Source: Oscillospiraceae bacterium
GTDB lineage: Bacteria > Bacillota > Clostridia > Oscillospirales > CAG-272
Direction of reading: 5' to 3'
Assembly: GCA_015064395.1 (NCBI GenBank)
Contig: SVSH01000003.1
Location: 46,328 to 110,327, forward strand
Length of the DNA stretch: 64,000 nucleotides
How positions within the stretch are numbered: position 1 is the stretch's first letter; each line of letters opens with the position of its first letter. The notes beneath the pieces are model-generated. The model was not told the origin of the DNA and ran no database searches. It saw only the letters and a list, made by a program, of their open reading frames with translations. Positions 39,014 through 48,609 of this stretch are shown piece by piece. The translations under genes were made by a program, and so were the position numbers.

Positions 39014-41260
39014 TTATTTTTTCCGACACTGACTGCGAAGCTTTTTCAAGATCGACGATTTGTCGATCGGGCATTTGGTCGGATTAAAATAAATATCGAA
39101 AATGTAGTAGCCCTCCTCGGGCTCCTGTATGCCGCAGATCTGCAGCTCCTGGAGCACGCGGAGAATGAATTTCAGTTTAATGTAATTCAGGCGTCCGGGA
39201 GCCTCAGACTCAATGGCCATCAGAAGGCCGCGGTCGGAATAGGAGGTATTTCCCTGCCGGAATTCTCGGCGCAAAAAGGTATAAACAAGCGCAAAATCAT
39301 CGCGGTCGGGGATATAGATCTCCTCGCCCTCCTCCAGCAAGGCACCCGCGCGGATCTGCTCGTAGCGTTCCCGGATACGGCTCTGCTCACGCTGGGAGGA
39401 CTCACTCTCACAGATATCCTGCACGATCATCTGCAGGCTTCTCTCACCCTGAAATTCGTTGATATTCAACTGAAACAGAACGTCCACACGCTCTCCGGCC
39501 GTCAGATGAAGCATGGCCGGCGACATACCAAAATAAACGGCGTAGATGGACAGTCCGTCTTTTTCCAAAAGCAGCTTGGTATGCTTGCCGCCTCCCATGG
39601 CGATGATGCGGCACAGCGTCATATCCCGGGCAATAAACTGCGGGACGGGGTTAGCGACACCAAACGGCTCCATGCGCTCCAGCTCCTCACACAGGCGCAT
39701 GGTCATATCCTTGGAGGTAAGCTCGCACTCGGCATAAAGCTGCACCGCCGGAGGTTCATCCCCCAGCTGTGCACGCGCCACCTCGTTGATGCGGCGGCGG
39801 AAGCGTTCAATATTTCCGCGGGTAATGGACATACCCGCCGCTAACTCGTGACCGCCGAATTTGAGCAGTAGGTCCTCGCACGCCATCAGGGATTCTACTA
39901 GGTTCATGCCCTTGACGCTACGTCCCGAGCCCTTACCGATATCGTCGGAGGTAGGCATACCGTCCTTGACGGAACCGTCAAAGGAAATGAGGATAGAAGG
40001 AAGCCCGTATCGTTCGGTCACGCGGGAGGATACGATTCCCACGATGCCCTGCGGCCAATGGTCACCGTCCAGCACGATGATGCGATCGTTTTCAAAATCG
40101 ACCGTCTGCTCGATCATTTCATACGCCTGCTCGGCGACTCTGTTTTCCTCCACCTGGCGGCGCACGTTGATCTCACAAAGCTCCTGTGCCAGTGCCTCGG
40201 CTGTCTCATCCGTATCCGCCAGCAACAACTCTACCGCCTTGGATGCCGTGCTGATGCGCCCCGCCGCATTGATACGAGGGGCCAGGCCAAAGCCAACAAA
40301 GCCGGAATTGATGCGCTTTTTGCGCTGTTGTACCCGTTCCTCCGGCGTCAGGGGCACCGGGAAACCGCCGCGCATACGGGTATTGGGCAGCGCCGCGTCG
40401 ATCAGCGCGGACAGCCCGCGACGACGGGTGTTAGCGATCATATGAAGGCCGTAGGAAACGATGATGCGGTTTTCATCCACGATGGGCATGACGTCGGCAA
40501 TGGTGCCCAGCGCCACCAAATCGGCATATTCGGAGCAGATGCGATGCGCGCCCTCGATCAGTGCTATGCCTTTTTCGCGGCACAGCGTCATTTCATAGGC
40601 GCAAAGCAATTTGAAAACGACACCGACACCGGCCAGCTCCTTGAAGGGATAGTCGCAATCGGGGCGATGGGGGTTGACCACGGCACAAGCCTCGGGCAAC
40701 TCCGCATGGCATTCGTGGTGGTCGGTGATGACCATATCCACGCCCAGCTCCGCCGCGTGCTTGACCTCCTCGATGGCGGTAATACCCGTATCCACTGTGA
40801 TGATCAGGTTGACCCCTCTCTCCTGCGCCAGCATATCAATGGCGCTTGTGGTCAGGCCGTAGCCGTCACGGATACGGCTGGGGATATAATACCCAACGTC
40901 AGCCCCCTGCCGGGACAAAAACAGATACAGCACACTAACGGCTGTAACACCGTCTACGTCGTAGTCGCCGTAAATGGCGATGCGCTCGTGATTATCGACG
41001 GCGCGGCGAATACGCGCCACGGCACGGTCGACATCACGGAGCAAAAAAGGATCGTGCATCTTCTCTGCGCTCTGCTCAAGAAACGCCCGCGCCCCTACGG
41101 AGTCGGCACATCCGCGATTATATAGCACCTTGGCCGCCTGCTTTGTCAGACCAAGGGAATCTGCAATTTCCTGTACGGCAGCCTCGGCGGCATCATCCGC
41201 GACGTAAAGCTGCGTCCAGACCTTGTTTCGTTTGATCTTACGTTCCATTCCAATCCTCAT
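39014..41260 (-). CDS. recJ: Single-stranded-DNA-specific exonuclease RecJ
   Basis: DHH motifs (...IYGDYDVDGVT..., ...ITVDTG..., ...VITDHH...) and DHHA1 (...GGHELAAG...). Confidence 0.9.
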   Translation of the reverse strand: MRIGMERKIKRNKVWTQLYVADDAAEAAVQEIADSLGLTKQAAKVLYNRGCADSVGARAFLEQSAEKMHDPFLLRDVDRAVARIRRAVDNHERIAIYGDYDVDGVTAVSVLYLFLSRQGADVGYYIPSRIRDGYGLTTSAIDMLAQERGVNLIITVDTGITAIEEVKHAAELGVDMVITDHHECHAELPEACAVVNPHRPDCDYPFKELAGVGVVFKLLCAYEMTLCREKGIALIEGAHRICSEYADLVALGTIADVMPIVDENRIIVSYGLHMIANTRRRGLSALIDAALPNTRMRGGFPVPLTPEERVQQRKKRINSGFVGFGLAPRINAAGRISTASKAVELLLADTDETAEALAQELCEINVRRQVEENRVAEQAYEMIEQTVDFENDRIIVLDGDHWPQGIVGIVSSRVTERYGLPSILISFDGSVKDGMPTSDDIGKGSGRSVKGMNLVESLMACEDLLLKFGGHELAAGMSITRGNIERFRRRINEVARAQLGDEPPAVQLYAECELTSKDMTMRLCEELERMEPFGVANPVPQFIARDMTLCRIIAMGGGKHTKLLLEKDGLSIYAVYFGMSPAMLHLTAGERVDVLFQLNINEFQGERSLQMIVQDICESESSQREQSRIRERYEQIRAGALLEEGEEIYIPDRDDFALVYTFLRREFRQGNTSYSDRGLLMAIESEAPGRLNYIKLKFILRVLQELQICGIQEPEEGYYIFDIYFNPTKCPIDKSSILKKLRSQCRKK

Positions 41261-41305
41261 TCAATATCTGAAAGACCGATGGACGACGCCGTCGGTCATT
41301 ACTTG

Positions 41306-42949
41306 TTATTCTACGGGAGCATACCGCGCCATGATGGCCTGCGCGACGTGCACACCGTCAACTGCCGCGCTGGTAATACCGCCGGCATAACCGGCTCCCT
41401 CGCCGCAGGGATAGATGCGGTCATGGCCTATGGCCGTTGCCGCTTCATTTCTCAAAATACGCACCGGCGCCGAGGTTCTCGTCTCGGGCGCAGACAAGAT
41501 CGCATCCGGGCAGGCAAAGCCGCGGATCTTACGGTCAAAAACGCCCAGACCGTAGCGCAGCCCCTGCGTCACGTAATCGGGCAACACACGGGACAGGTCA
41601 CATACGCGGACGTTTACGCCACCGCGATAGGTCGGCTGAATGCGACTCGGCTCATGCACCAAAACGCCGTTCATAAAGTCCCCCAGTGTTTGAACAGGGG
41701 CGCTATAATCACTGCCGCCCGCCAAAAAGGCCGCCTGCTCGATGCTACGCTGATAAGCGATGGCTCCAAGGGCCGGGCTTCCCTCCACCGTCTCGTAATC
41801 CTTGGGACTGACCGAGACGGCAACGGCACAGTTGGCGTTCTCACCGTCGCGGGCATGATTGCTCATGCCATTGACGACAACGCCCCCCTCCTCGGAGGCT
41901 GCCGCCACGACCTGACCGCCGGGACACATACAAAAAGTATATACGCCGCGCTCGCCCCGCGTGTCAGAGAGGGCGTATTCGGCAGGACCGAGAGCAGGAT
42001 GCCCCGCAAGGTCCCCATAGAGTGCGCGGTCAATATCCGCCTGTCGGTGTTCAATACGAACGCCGATCGACATGGGCTTGGGCTCGATGGCAAATTGGTG
42101 GGAAATCAGCATACGGTAGGTGTCACGGGCGCTGTGGCCAAGTGCTAAAACTACGGCACCACAGGCAAAATCTCCCCGGTTGGTCTTAGCCGTCAGTGTG
42201 CCGTCGGCGTGCTCCTCTATGTCGGTAAGACGGGTACGATAATGCACCTCGCCACCGCACTGCCCGATGCGCCCGAGCATACGATCCACCACGTCGCGCA
42301 AAATATCCGTGCCGATATGCGGCTTTGCCCGGGTCAAGATCTCGTCGGGCGCGCCAAAGTCGTGCAAACGGGAGAGGACGTAGCCGCAACGGGCGTCGCT
42401 GATACGGGTGACCAGCTTTCCGTCCGAAAAGGTGCCGGCACCGCCTGCGCCAAATTGAATATTACTGTCCGTATCCAAAAGCCCCTCGACATGGAAACGG
42501 TCCACCGCCCGGACGCGGTCGGCAACGCAGTCACCACGGTCGATGAGGATGGGAGCATAGCCGTTTTCCGCCAACAAAAGGGCGCAAAAAAGACCGGCCG
42601 GCCCCATGCCGACCACGAGAGGTCTTTGCGTCATCGGCTCGCTCCCGTGAGTGATGTCCAAGCTCTCCACCGAAGCAATTCTGACGTTGGGGATGCTTGA
42701 CAAGCGCGCACACAGCTTGTCCGAGATCGGCTCGGTTGCGTGCGCCAAAACCGTGCAGACCAAGCGAATGGCGTCTTGCTTACGGGCATCCACGGATCTC
42801 TTATACAGACGAAAATCAAGTGAGGACAGATCGATCCCTTGTCGCTTGATCGTTTTGCGGGCCTGCTCCAGGATGTGCGCTTCAGACGCATCGGGCGGCA
42901 CGCGAATGCCGCCGATGAGAATATTGACCTCTTGGCTCATGGCAAACAC
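41306..42949 (-). CDS. FAD-dependent protein (COG2509-type NAD(FAD)-utilizing dehydrogenase)
   Basis: ...PLVVGMGPAGLFCALLLAENG... is a dinucleotide-binding motif. The ORF-track start is GTG at 42949; ATG 42940 is the alternative. Confidence 0.7.
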   Translation of the reverse strand: MFAMSQEVNILIGGIRVPPDASEAHILEQARKTIKRQGIDLSSLDFRLYKRSVDARKQDAIRLVCTVLAHATEPISDKLCARLSSIPNVRIASVESLDITHGSEPMTQRPLVVGMGPAGLFCALLLAENGYAPILIDRGDCVADRVRAVDRFHVEGLLDTDSNIQFGAGGAGTFSDGKLVTRISDARCGYVLSRLHDFGAPDEILTRAKPHIGTDILRDVVDRMLGRIGQCGGEVHYRTRLTDIEEHADGTLTAKTNRGDFACGAVVLALGHSARDTYRMLISHQFAIEPKPMSIGVRIEHRQADIDRALYGDLAGHPALGPAEYALSDTRGERGVYTFCMCPGGQVVAAASEEGGVVVNGMSNHARDGENANCAVAVSVSPKDYETVEGSPALGAIAYQRSIEQAAFLAGGSDYSAPVQTLGDFMNGVLVHEPSRIQPTYRGGVNVRVCDLSRVLPDYVTQGLRYGLGVFDRKIRGFACPDAILSAPETRTSAPVRILRNEAATAIGHDRIYPCGEGAGYAGGITSAAVDGVHVAQAIMARYAPVE

Positions 42950-42976
42950 CTGCCTCCTTTAGGTAGTAATCAAAAA

Positions 42977-43204
42977 TCAGATCTGCACCGTTATATCGCA
43001 GACGCCAGCCTCTTGTGTGGGCTGCTGGTCGTCCTGCTGCGAGGATTTGAGGGCGTCAACGTTGCTGATCAGCAGCCAAAACAGGAATGCCAACACGACA
43101 CTCAAAATCTTCAGATGCCAATGTCCGTTGCGCCTTTTGCCGTGGATCTCGACGGTATCACCGCTCTGTCCACCGTACACACGCTTAAAGCTGGTGTTTT
43201 TCAT
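42977..43204 (-). CDS. Small membrane protein; apparent CdaR/YbbR remnant with the N-terminal TM anchor only
   Basis: 75 aa with a strong AAGGAGG SD 6 nt upstream. Sits in the cdaR position immediately after cdaA. ...HLKILSVVLAFLFWLLISNV... resembles the CdaR N-terminal helix. No YbbR repeat domains follow. Confidence 0.55.
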   Translation of the reverse strand: MKNTSFKRVYGGQSGDTVEIHGKRRNGHWHLKILSVVLAFLFWLLISNVDALKSSQQDDQQPTQEAGVCDITVQI

Positions 43205-43214
43205 GTGTGCCTCC

Positions 43215-44108
43215 TTATTTCTGTTTTTTGCCGGGACGCTTGTTCTGACGGCGATTATCTTCTTCGGTGCTACCGGTCAAAAGCAAGAACAAGTCGTCCT
43301 TAAGAGTACCTGAATTGTACCCGCGCTTGAGAATACCGTTATTGGCAATGGAGATCGTTCCGGTCTCCTCGCTGACCACGATGACGACGGCATCGCTCTG
43401 TTCGCTGATACCGACTGCCGCGCGGTGTCTCGTTCCCAGCTCCTTGGGGATCTCAGCGCTCTTGGAGGACGGAAGAATGCATCCCGCCGCGCAGATCTTA
43501 CCGTTGCGGACGATGACGGCCCCGTCGTGCAAGGGGGAGCGGTTGAAGAACAGGTTGCCAAACAGCTCGCAAGACATCTGCGCATCCAGCTCGATGCCCG
43601 TTTTGATATAGTCACCGAGCTTGGTGTTTCGCTCTACAACGATCAGAGCGCCGCTCTTCTCCTTGGAAAGCTCGCACGCCGCCTCAGACAGAACGCCGAT
43701 GGTTGCGGTAATATCCGCCACCGATTGGGCGGGCGTACCGAAGTGTCTGAGCTGCAGGATGGCACCGCCGATCTTTTCCAGTGCATCGCGAAGCTCGCGC
43801 TGGAAAATAACGATAATAAACACCGCATACATGCTGAAAAACGCATGGAGTACGGAATACAGTGCCCGCATCTCCAGCGCCCAGGTGATGAGATAGAACA
43901 CGCCCAGTGCCGCAAAGCCGACAAGCAACGTCCAGGCACGGCGGTCACGCACAAAGCGAAGCACGTAATACAAAATAACGGCAAGCAAGAGAATATCGAC
44001 GACATCGATCCAATCGATGCTTTTGATGGGGGAAAGTATGTAATTGGAGAAAAACTCACTCATTCCTTGAATAAATGCAGAAGCAACAGTCATGGCGCCG
44101 GCCACCAT
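43215..44108 (-). CDS. cdaA: Diadenylate cyclase CdaA (membrane-anchored DisA_N/DAC domain)
   Basis: Three N-terminal TM helices and a DAC domain (...GALIVVERNT..., ...PLHDGAVIV..., ...GTRHRAAVGISEQSDAVVIVVSEETG...). The start is uncertain among M1, M6 and M16. Confidence 0.9.
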   Translation of the reverse strand: MVAGAMTVASAFIQGMSEFFSNYILSPIKSIDWIDVVDILLLAVILYYVLRFVRDRRAWTLLVGFAALGVFYLITWALEMRALYSVLHAFFSMYAVFIIVIFQRELRDALEKIGGAILQLRHFGTPAQSVADITATIGVLSEAACELSKEKSGALIVVERNTKLGDYIKTGIELDAQMSCELFGNLFFNRSPLHDGAVIVRNGKICAAGCILPSSKSAEIPKELGTRHRAAVGISEQSDAVVIVVSEETGTISIANNGILKRGYNSGTLKDDLFLLLTGSTEEDNRRQNKRPGKKQK

Positions 44109-44281
44109 CCTTTTCTCAAAATTTTATATAAAAATCGTTATACAAATGCAAGTTTTCGCGGCAAATAGACTCTGCCGCGCGATTTAAGACCCATTTTGGG
44201 CACAATTATTATTTATTATATCATACCGATATCGTTTTTTCAACTTATTTTTCAAAAATTCTCTGCATTTTTTCAAAGCAC

Positions 44282-44313
44282 AAAAAAAGAAAGCCCCGAC
44301 CGCAGTCGGAGCT
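44282..44313 (-). terminator. Intrinsic terminator after argF
   Basis: Minus strand GCTCCGAC-TGC-GGTCGGGGC followed by TTTCTTTTTTT. Confidence 0.7.
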
Positions 44314-44327
44314 CTCTCTGTCACTCA

Positions 44328-45329
44328 TCAAAATTGATCGCAAAGCGTAGCGGCCATGACAGCCTTGATGGTGTGCATTCTGTTCTCTGCTTCATCAAAA
44401 ACGATAGAGGCGGCGCTCTCGAAAACCTCGTCCGTGACCTCCATACAGTCAAGACCGAATTTGTCGAAAATTTCCTTTCCCGTTGTCGTCTTCAAGTCGT
44501 GGAAGGCGGGCAGACAGTGCATGAAGCGGCACTGCTCTCCGGCGTTTTGCATCAGCGCCGAAGTAACGCGGTACGGCATCAGATCGGCAATTCTTTCCTT
44601 CCAAACCTCGGCCGGCTCGCCCATGGAGACCCACACGTCGGTATAGATCACGTGCGCGCCCGAGGTTGCCGCGATCGGGTCGGAAATGAACTCCAAGATC
44701 GCACCGGTTTCAGCTGCAATTTTTTGGCACTCTGCCACCAGATCTGCATTGGGAAAATACTTCTCGGGAGCGCAGGCCACGAAGTGCATGCCCATTTTGG
44801 CACAGCCGACCATGAGCGAGTTTCCCATGTTGTAACGGGCGTCTCCCATGTAGACGAGTTTAATGCCGTTCAGAGAGCCAAACTGTTCCTTAATGGTCAA
44901 AAAGTCAGCCAATATCTGGGTAGGATGGAATTCGTTGGTCAGTCCGTTCCACACGGGAACGCCGGCATATTTTGCCAGCTCCTCCACGATGTCCTGACCA
45001 AAGCCGCGGTATTCGATGCCGTCGAACATACGCCCCAGCACGCGAGCCGTATCGGCAATGCTCTCCTTCTTTCCGATCTGCGATCCGGTCGGGTCAAGGT
45101 AGACGGGATGCATGCCAAGATCTGCCCCCGCCACCTCAAAGGCACAACGGGTACGGGTGCTGGTCTTCTCAAAGATCAGCGCAATATTCTTGCCCTCGCA
45201 ATAGCGGTGCGGGACTCCGTTTTTCTTTTTATCCTTCAAGTCAGCCGCCAGGTCGATCAGATCGGAGATCTGCGCCGGCGTAAGGTCCAACAGCTTCAAA
45301 AAGTGCTGTCCTTTCAGTCCGATTCCCAT
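44328..45329 (-). CDS. argF: Ornithine carbamoyltransferase
   Basis: ...[11 protein letters not shown]..., ...HPTQ..., ...HCLPA... motifs. Confidence 0.9.
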   Translation of the reverse strand: MGIGLKGQHFLKLLDLTPAQISDLIDLAADLKDKKKNGVPHRYCEGKNIALIFEKTSTRTRCAFEVAGADLGMHPVYLDPTGSQIGKKESIADTARVLGRMFDGIEYRGFGQDIVEELAKYAGVPVWNGLTNEFHPTQILADFLTIKEQFGSLNGIKLVYMGDARYNMGNSLMVGCAKMGMHFVACAPEKYFPNADLVAECQKIAAETGAILEFISDPIAATSGAHVIYTDVWVSMGEPAEVWKERIADLMPYRVTSALMQNAGEQCRFMHCLPAFHDLKTTTGKEIFDKFGLDCMEVTDEVFESAASIVFDEAENRMHTIKAVMAATLCDQF

Positions 45330-45362
45330 GTATATCCTCCAAAATTATGTTGATTGATTTTA

Positions 45363-46748
45363 TCAATATATTACGATTGCAATTTTTTCTTTGACGTAGG
45401 CGATCTGTGCCATAACGGACTCGGGAGACGTGCCGCCCTCTGAGATGCGCTTGGCCACACAGGTGGCAAGATCGATCTCCGAGAAGACGTCCTCCTCGAT
45501 CAGATCACTGCATTCGCGGTATTCCTCCAGGGTCAGCGACTCCAGCACCTTGCCCTCGGCGATACACTTGGCAACCAGCTGCCCTGCGATCTTATAGGCC
45601 GTACGGAACGGCATACCCTTCTTGACCAGGTAGTCTGCCAGATCTGTGGCGTTGATAAAGCCCTTTTGCGCCGCTTGCTTCATGTTATCCGCAAGCACGG
45701 TCATGGTAGCCAGCATGGGGGTCAAGACCTGCAGGCACTGCACAACGGTATCCACAGCGTCAAAGACGCTCTCCTTGTCTTCCTGCATATCCTTATTATA
45801 AGCCAGCGGCAGCCCTTTGAGCGTAGTCAAAAGTGCGATCAGGTCGCCATAGACGCGTCCCGTTTTGCCGCGGATCAGCTCGGCCATATCCGAGTTTTTC
45901 TTTTGCGGCATGATGGACGAGCCCGTCGTGTAAGCATCGGACAGCTCGACAAATTTGAATTCCCAGCTCGACCACAGAATGATCTCCTCGGACAAGCGAG
46001 AGAGATGCATCATCAAAATGGAGCAAAAGCTCATAAACTCGGCGCAGAAATCACGGTCGGACACGCCGTCAAGGCTGTTGCGGCTGATGTCGTCAAAGCC
46101 CAGCTTCTTGGCCTCAAACCAGCGATCGGTATCATAAGTCGTACCCGCCAAGGCGCAGCAGCCGATGGGCGAGACGTTCATACGCCCCACGGTATCCTTC
46201 AAGCGATCCACGTCGCGAAGGAGCATCATGGCATAGGCCATCAGATGATGGCCAAAGGTGATGGGCTGTGCCCGCTGCAGGTGGGTATATCCCGGCATAA
46301 TGGTGCTCTTGTGCTGTTCGGCCTGATCGACGATCACCTCCAGCAATTCGCGCAGTTGGGCAAGAATGCCCTCGGAGGCACCGCGGAGATACATACGCAG
46401 GTCGAGCGCGACCTGATCGTTGCGGCTTCTGGCCGTATGCAGCTTCTTGCCCACGTCACCCAGGCGCTCGGTCAGCACCTGCTCGACAAACATATGGATG
46501 TCCTCGCAATTCATGTCGATCGCCAAGGTGCCATTGTCCAAATCATTGAGAATGCCCTCAAGACCGGCGATCAGCGTATCCGCATCCTCTTTGCCAATGA
46601 TATTTTTTGCGGCCAGCATAGCGGCGTGCGCCATCGAGCCCGTAATATCCTCTCGGTACATACGGGAGTCAAAATGAATGGAGGAATTGAAATCATCGGC
46701 CATGCGATCCGTCTCGCCGGTCGTTCTTCCCGCCCACATTTTTGCCAT
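45363..46748 (-). CDS. argH: Argininosuccinate lyase
   Basis: MWAGR... N-terminus and the fumarate-lyase signature ...GSSIMPQKKN... Confidence 0.95.
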   Translation of the reverse strand: MAKMWAGRTTGETDRMADDFNSSIHFDSRMYREDITGSMAHAAMLAAKNIIGKEDADTLIAGLEGILNDLDNGTLAIDMNCEDIHMFVEQVLTERLGDVGKKLHTARSRNDQVALDLRMYLRGASEGILAQLRELLEVIVDQAEQHKSTIMPGYTHLQRAQPITFGHHLMAYAMMLLRDVDRLKDTVGRMNVSPIGCCALAGTTYDTDRWFEAKKLGFDDISRNSLDGVSDRDFCAEFMSFCSILMMHLSRLSEEIILWSSWEFKFVELSDAYTTGSSIMPQKKNSDMAELIRGKTGRVYGDLIALLTTLKGLPLAYNKDMQEDKESVFDAVDTVVQCLQVLTPMLATMTVLADNMKQAAQKGFINATDLADYLVKKGMPFRTAYKIAGQLVAKCIAEGKVLESLTLEEYRECSDLIEEDVFSEIDLATCVAKRISEGGTSPESVMAQIAYVKEKIAIVIY

Positions 46749-46821
46749 AGTAATCTCCTTTCGCCAAAAAGCCCGTCCCTCGCTCTTGGGCGCGGGACGG
46801 CTTTTTAGTTGTATCTGCTAA

Positions 46822-48054
46822 TTAGTTGTTCTTGCTTGCGTTCTTGGCATCAACGATAGCCTGAACCTTGATGGGCAGACCGTACAGGTTGATAAAGCCT
46901 GCGCTGTCCTTCTGGTCGTAGTCAGACTCGCCAAAGGTAGCGATCTCCTCGCTGTACAGCGAATAGTCGCTCCACACGCCGGCATTGATCATGTTGCCCT
47001 TGTACAGCTTGAGTCTAACCTTACCCGTGACCTTCTCCTGCGTCTTATCGACGAAGGCGGCAAGAGCCTCGCGCAAAGGCGTGAACCACTGGCCGTTGTA
47101 GACCAGCTCGGCATAGGTGATGGCCAGCTTCTGCTTTTCGTGCAGCGTCATCTTGTCAAGGCAGATGCTCTCAAGCACCGAGTGTGCCTTGTATAGGATG
47201 GTTCCGCCGGGGGTCTCATAAACGCCGCGGCACTTCATGCCGACGAGTCTGTTCTCGACGATATCGAGAAGACCGATACCGTTCTTACCGCCCAGCTCGT
47301 TGAGCTTGAGAATGATGTCCTTGGCACTCATCTTCTCGCCGTCAAGGGCTACGGGAACGCCCTGAACGAAGTCCAGTTCAATATAAGTGGGAACGTCGGG
47401 CGCCTGCAGAGGAGACACGCCCATTTCCAGGAAGCCGGGCTTCTCGTACAAGGGCTCGTTGCCGGTATTCTCCAGATCCAGGCCCTCGTGGGACAGGTGC
47501 CACAGATTCTTATCCTTGGAATAGTTGGTCTCACGGTTGATCTTCAGCGGAATGTTGTGTGCCTCGGCATAGTCGATCTCTTCCTCACGAGACTTGATAT
47601 CCCACTCTCTCCAGGGAGCGATGATGGGCATATCGGGGCAGAAATGCTTGAGGGTCAATTCAAAGCGAACCTGGTCATTACCCTTACCGGTACAGCCGTG
47701 GCAGATGGCGTCAGCGCCCTCCTTGATGGCGATCTCAGCCAGACCCTTGGCGATGCAAGGACGGGCGTGAGAGGTGCCCAGCAAATACTCCTCGTAGATG
47801 GCGCCGGCCTTCATACAAGGAATGATGTACTCATTCACGTACTCCTCGGTCAGATCGACAACGTACAGCTTGGATGCGCCCGTCTTGAGTGCCTTTTCCT
47901 CCAGGCCCTCGAGCTCATCCGCCTGACCGACGTTACCCGAAACAGCGATGACTTCACAGTTATTATAATTCTCCTTGAGCCACGGAATGATGATGGACGT
48001 GTCCAAACCTCCCGAGTACGCAAGCACTACTTTTTTGATGTTTTCTTTATTCAT
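46822..48054 (-). CDS. argG: Argininosuccinate synthase
   Basis: ...[13 protein letters not shown]... Start at ATG 48054, 7 nt after GGAGGT. Confidence 0.95.
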   Translation of the reverse strand: MNKENIKKVVLAYSGGLDTSIIIPWLKENYNNCEVIAVSGNVGQADELEGLEEKALKTGASKLYVVDLTEEYVNEYIIPCMKAGAIYEEYLLGTSHARPCIAKGLAEIAIKEGADAICHGCTGKGNDQVRFELTLKHFCPDMPIIAPWREWDIKSREEEIDYAEAHNIPLKINRETNYSKDKNLWHLSHEGLDLENTGNEPLYEKPGFLEMGVSPLQAPDVPTYIELDFVQGVPVALDGEKMSAKDIILKLNELGGKNGIGLLDIVENRLVGMKCRGVYETPGGTILYKAHSVLESICLDKMTLHEKQKLAITYAELVYNGQWFTPLREALAAFVDKTQEKVTGKVRLKLYKGNMINAGVWSDYSLYSEEIATFGESDYDQKDSAGFINLYGLPIKVQAIVDAKNASKNN

Positions 48055-48277
48055 GATCATACCTCCGGAATAAAAATCCATTTGTTTTGATTTCAACGAC
48101 CACAATTATACACGCTCCCGCACGGTTTGTCAATAGGGTCTTTGAATATTTTTTCCATTTTTCTCATTATTGTATTAATTTTTTTCTTCAATTAGACATA
48201 TTTATTCATGTTCTCTGAATAAAATTCAATTTTAATGAAATTTATGCCGAAATGCGTAAAAAAGCGGCCCAAAACTC

Positions 48278-48306
48278 TTGACATTATAATTAAGATGTGG
48301 TATAAT
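48278..48306 (+). promoter_or_regulatory. Sigma-A-type promoter for the T-box operon
   Basis: TTGACA 48278..48283, 17 nt spacer ending in TGG (extended -10), TATAAT 48301..48306. Confidence 0.75.
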
Positions 48307-48319
48307 AGCGCATATTTCA

Positions 48320-48587
48320 AATACTGTGAAGGAATTACGTTCTGTCATTGCGCGGCGCAGAGAGTTGATGGGTGGTGCGAATCAACACGGCGTGGCAGTT
48401 CGGTCTCGTTCCTGAGTAGAGCTTCCCAACCCTTGGCAGTAAGAAGCTCCGGAGGCCCCGTTATCATGGCTGACGGCTTGTATGAGCCGAACAAAGAGAC
48501 CGTCTCAATGACGGTAATGCGGGTGGTACCGCGGCATATGATGTCGTCCCGGAGGCAGATTGTATATCTGCGTCGGGGCATTTTTTA
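48320..48587 (+). promoter_or_regulatory. T-box leader (tRNA-sensing transcription attenuator), probable Leu (CUC) specifier
   Basis: Elements seen:
- T-box motif AATGCGGGTGGTACCGCGG at 48516..48534
- F-box CCGTTA at 48458..48463
- Stem I AG-bulge AGAGAG at 48359..48364
- distal loop GGGTGGTGCGA at 48370..48380, closed by TTGAT/ATCAA
- base helix GGAA (48331..34) / UUCC (48409..12)
- terminator hairpin plus CATTTTTT at 48547..48586
The specifier CUC at 48405..48407 comes from my manual fold and is an inference. Confidence 0.85.
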
Positions 48588-48609
48588 TATTTGCAAGGAG
48601 GATACACCA

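Noticed and set aside
48235-48609. N-terminal 125-aa extension of the LeuA-like ORF in the ORF track
   Set aside because: This stretch is the promoter and T-box leader, containing the T-box motif, F-box and terminator. The real start is ATG 48610 behind AAGGAGG.
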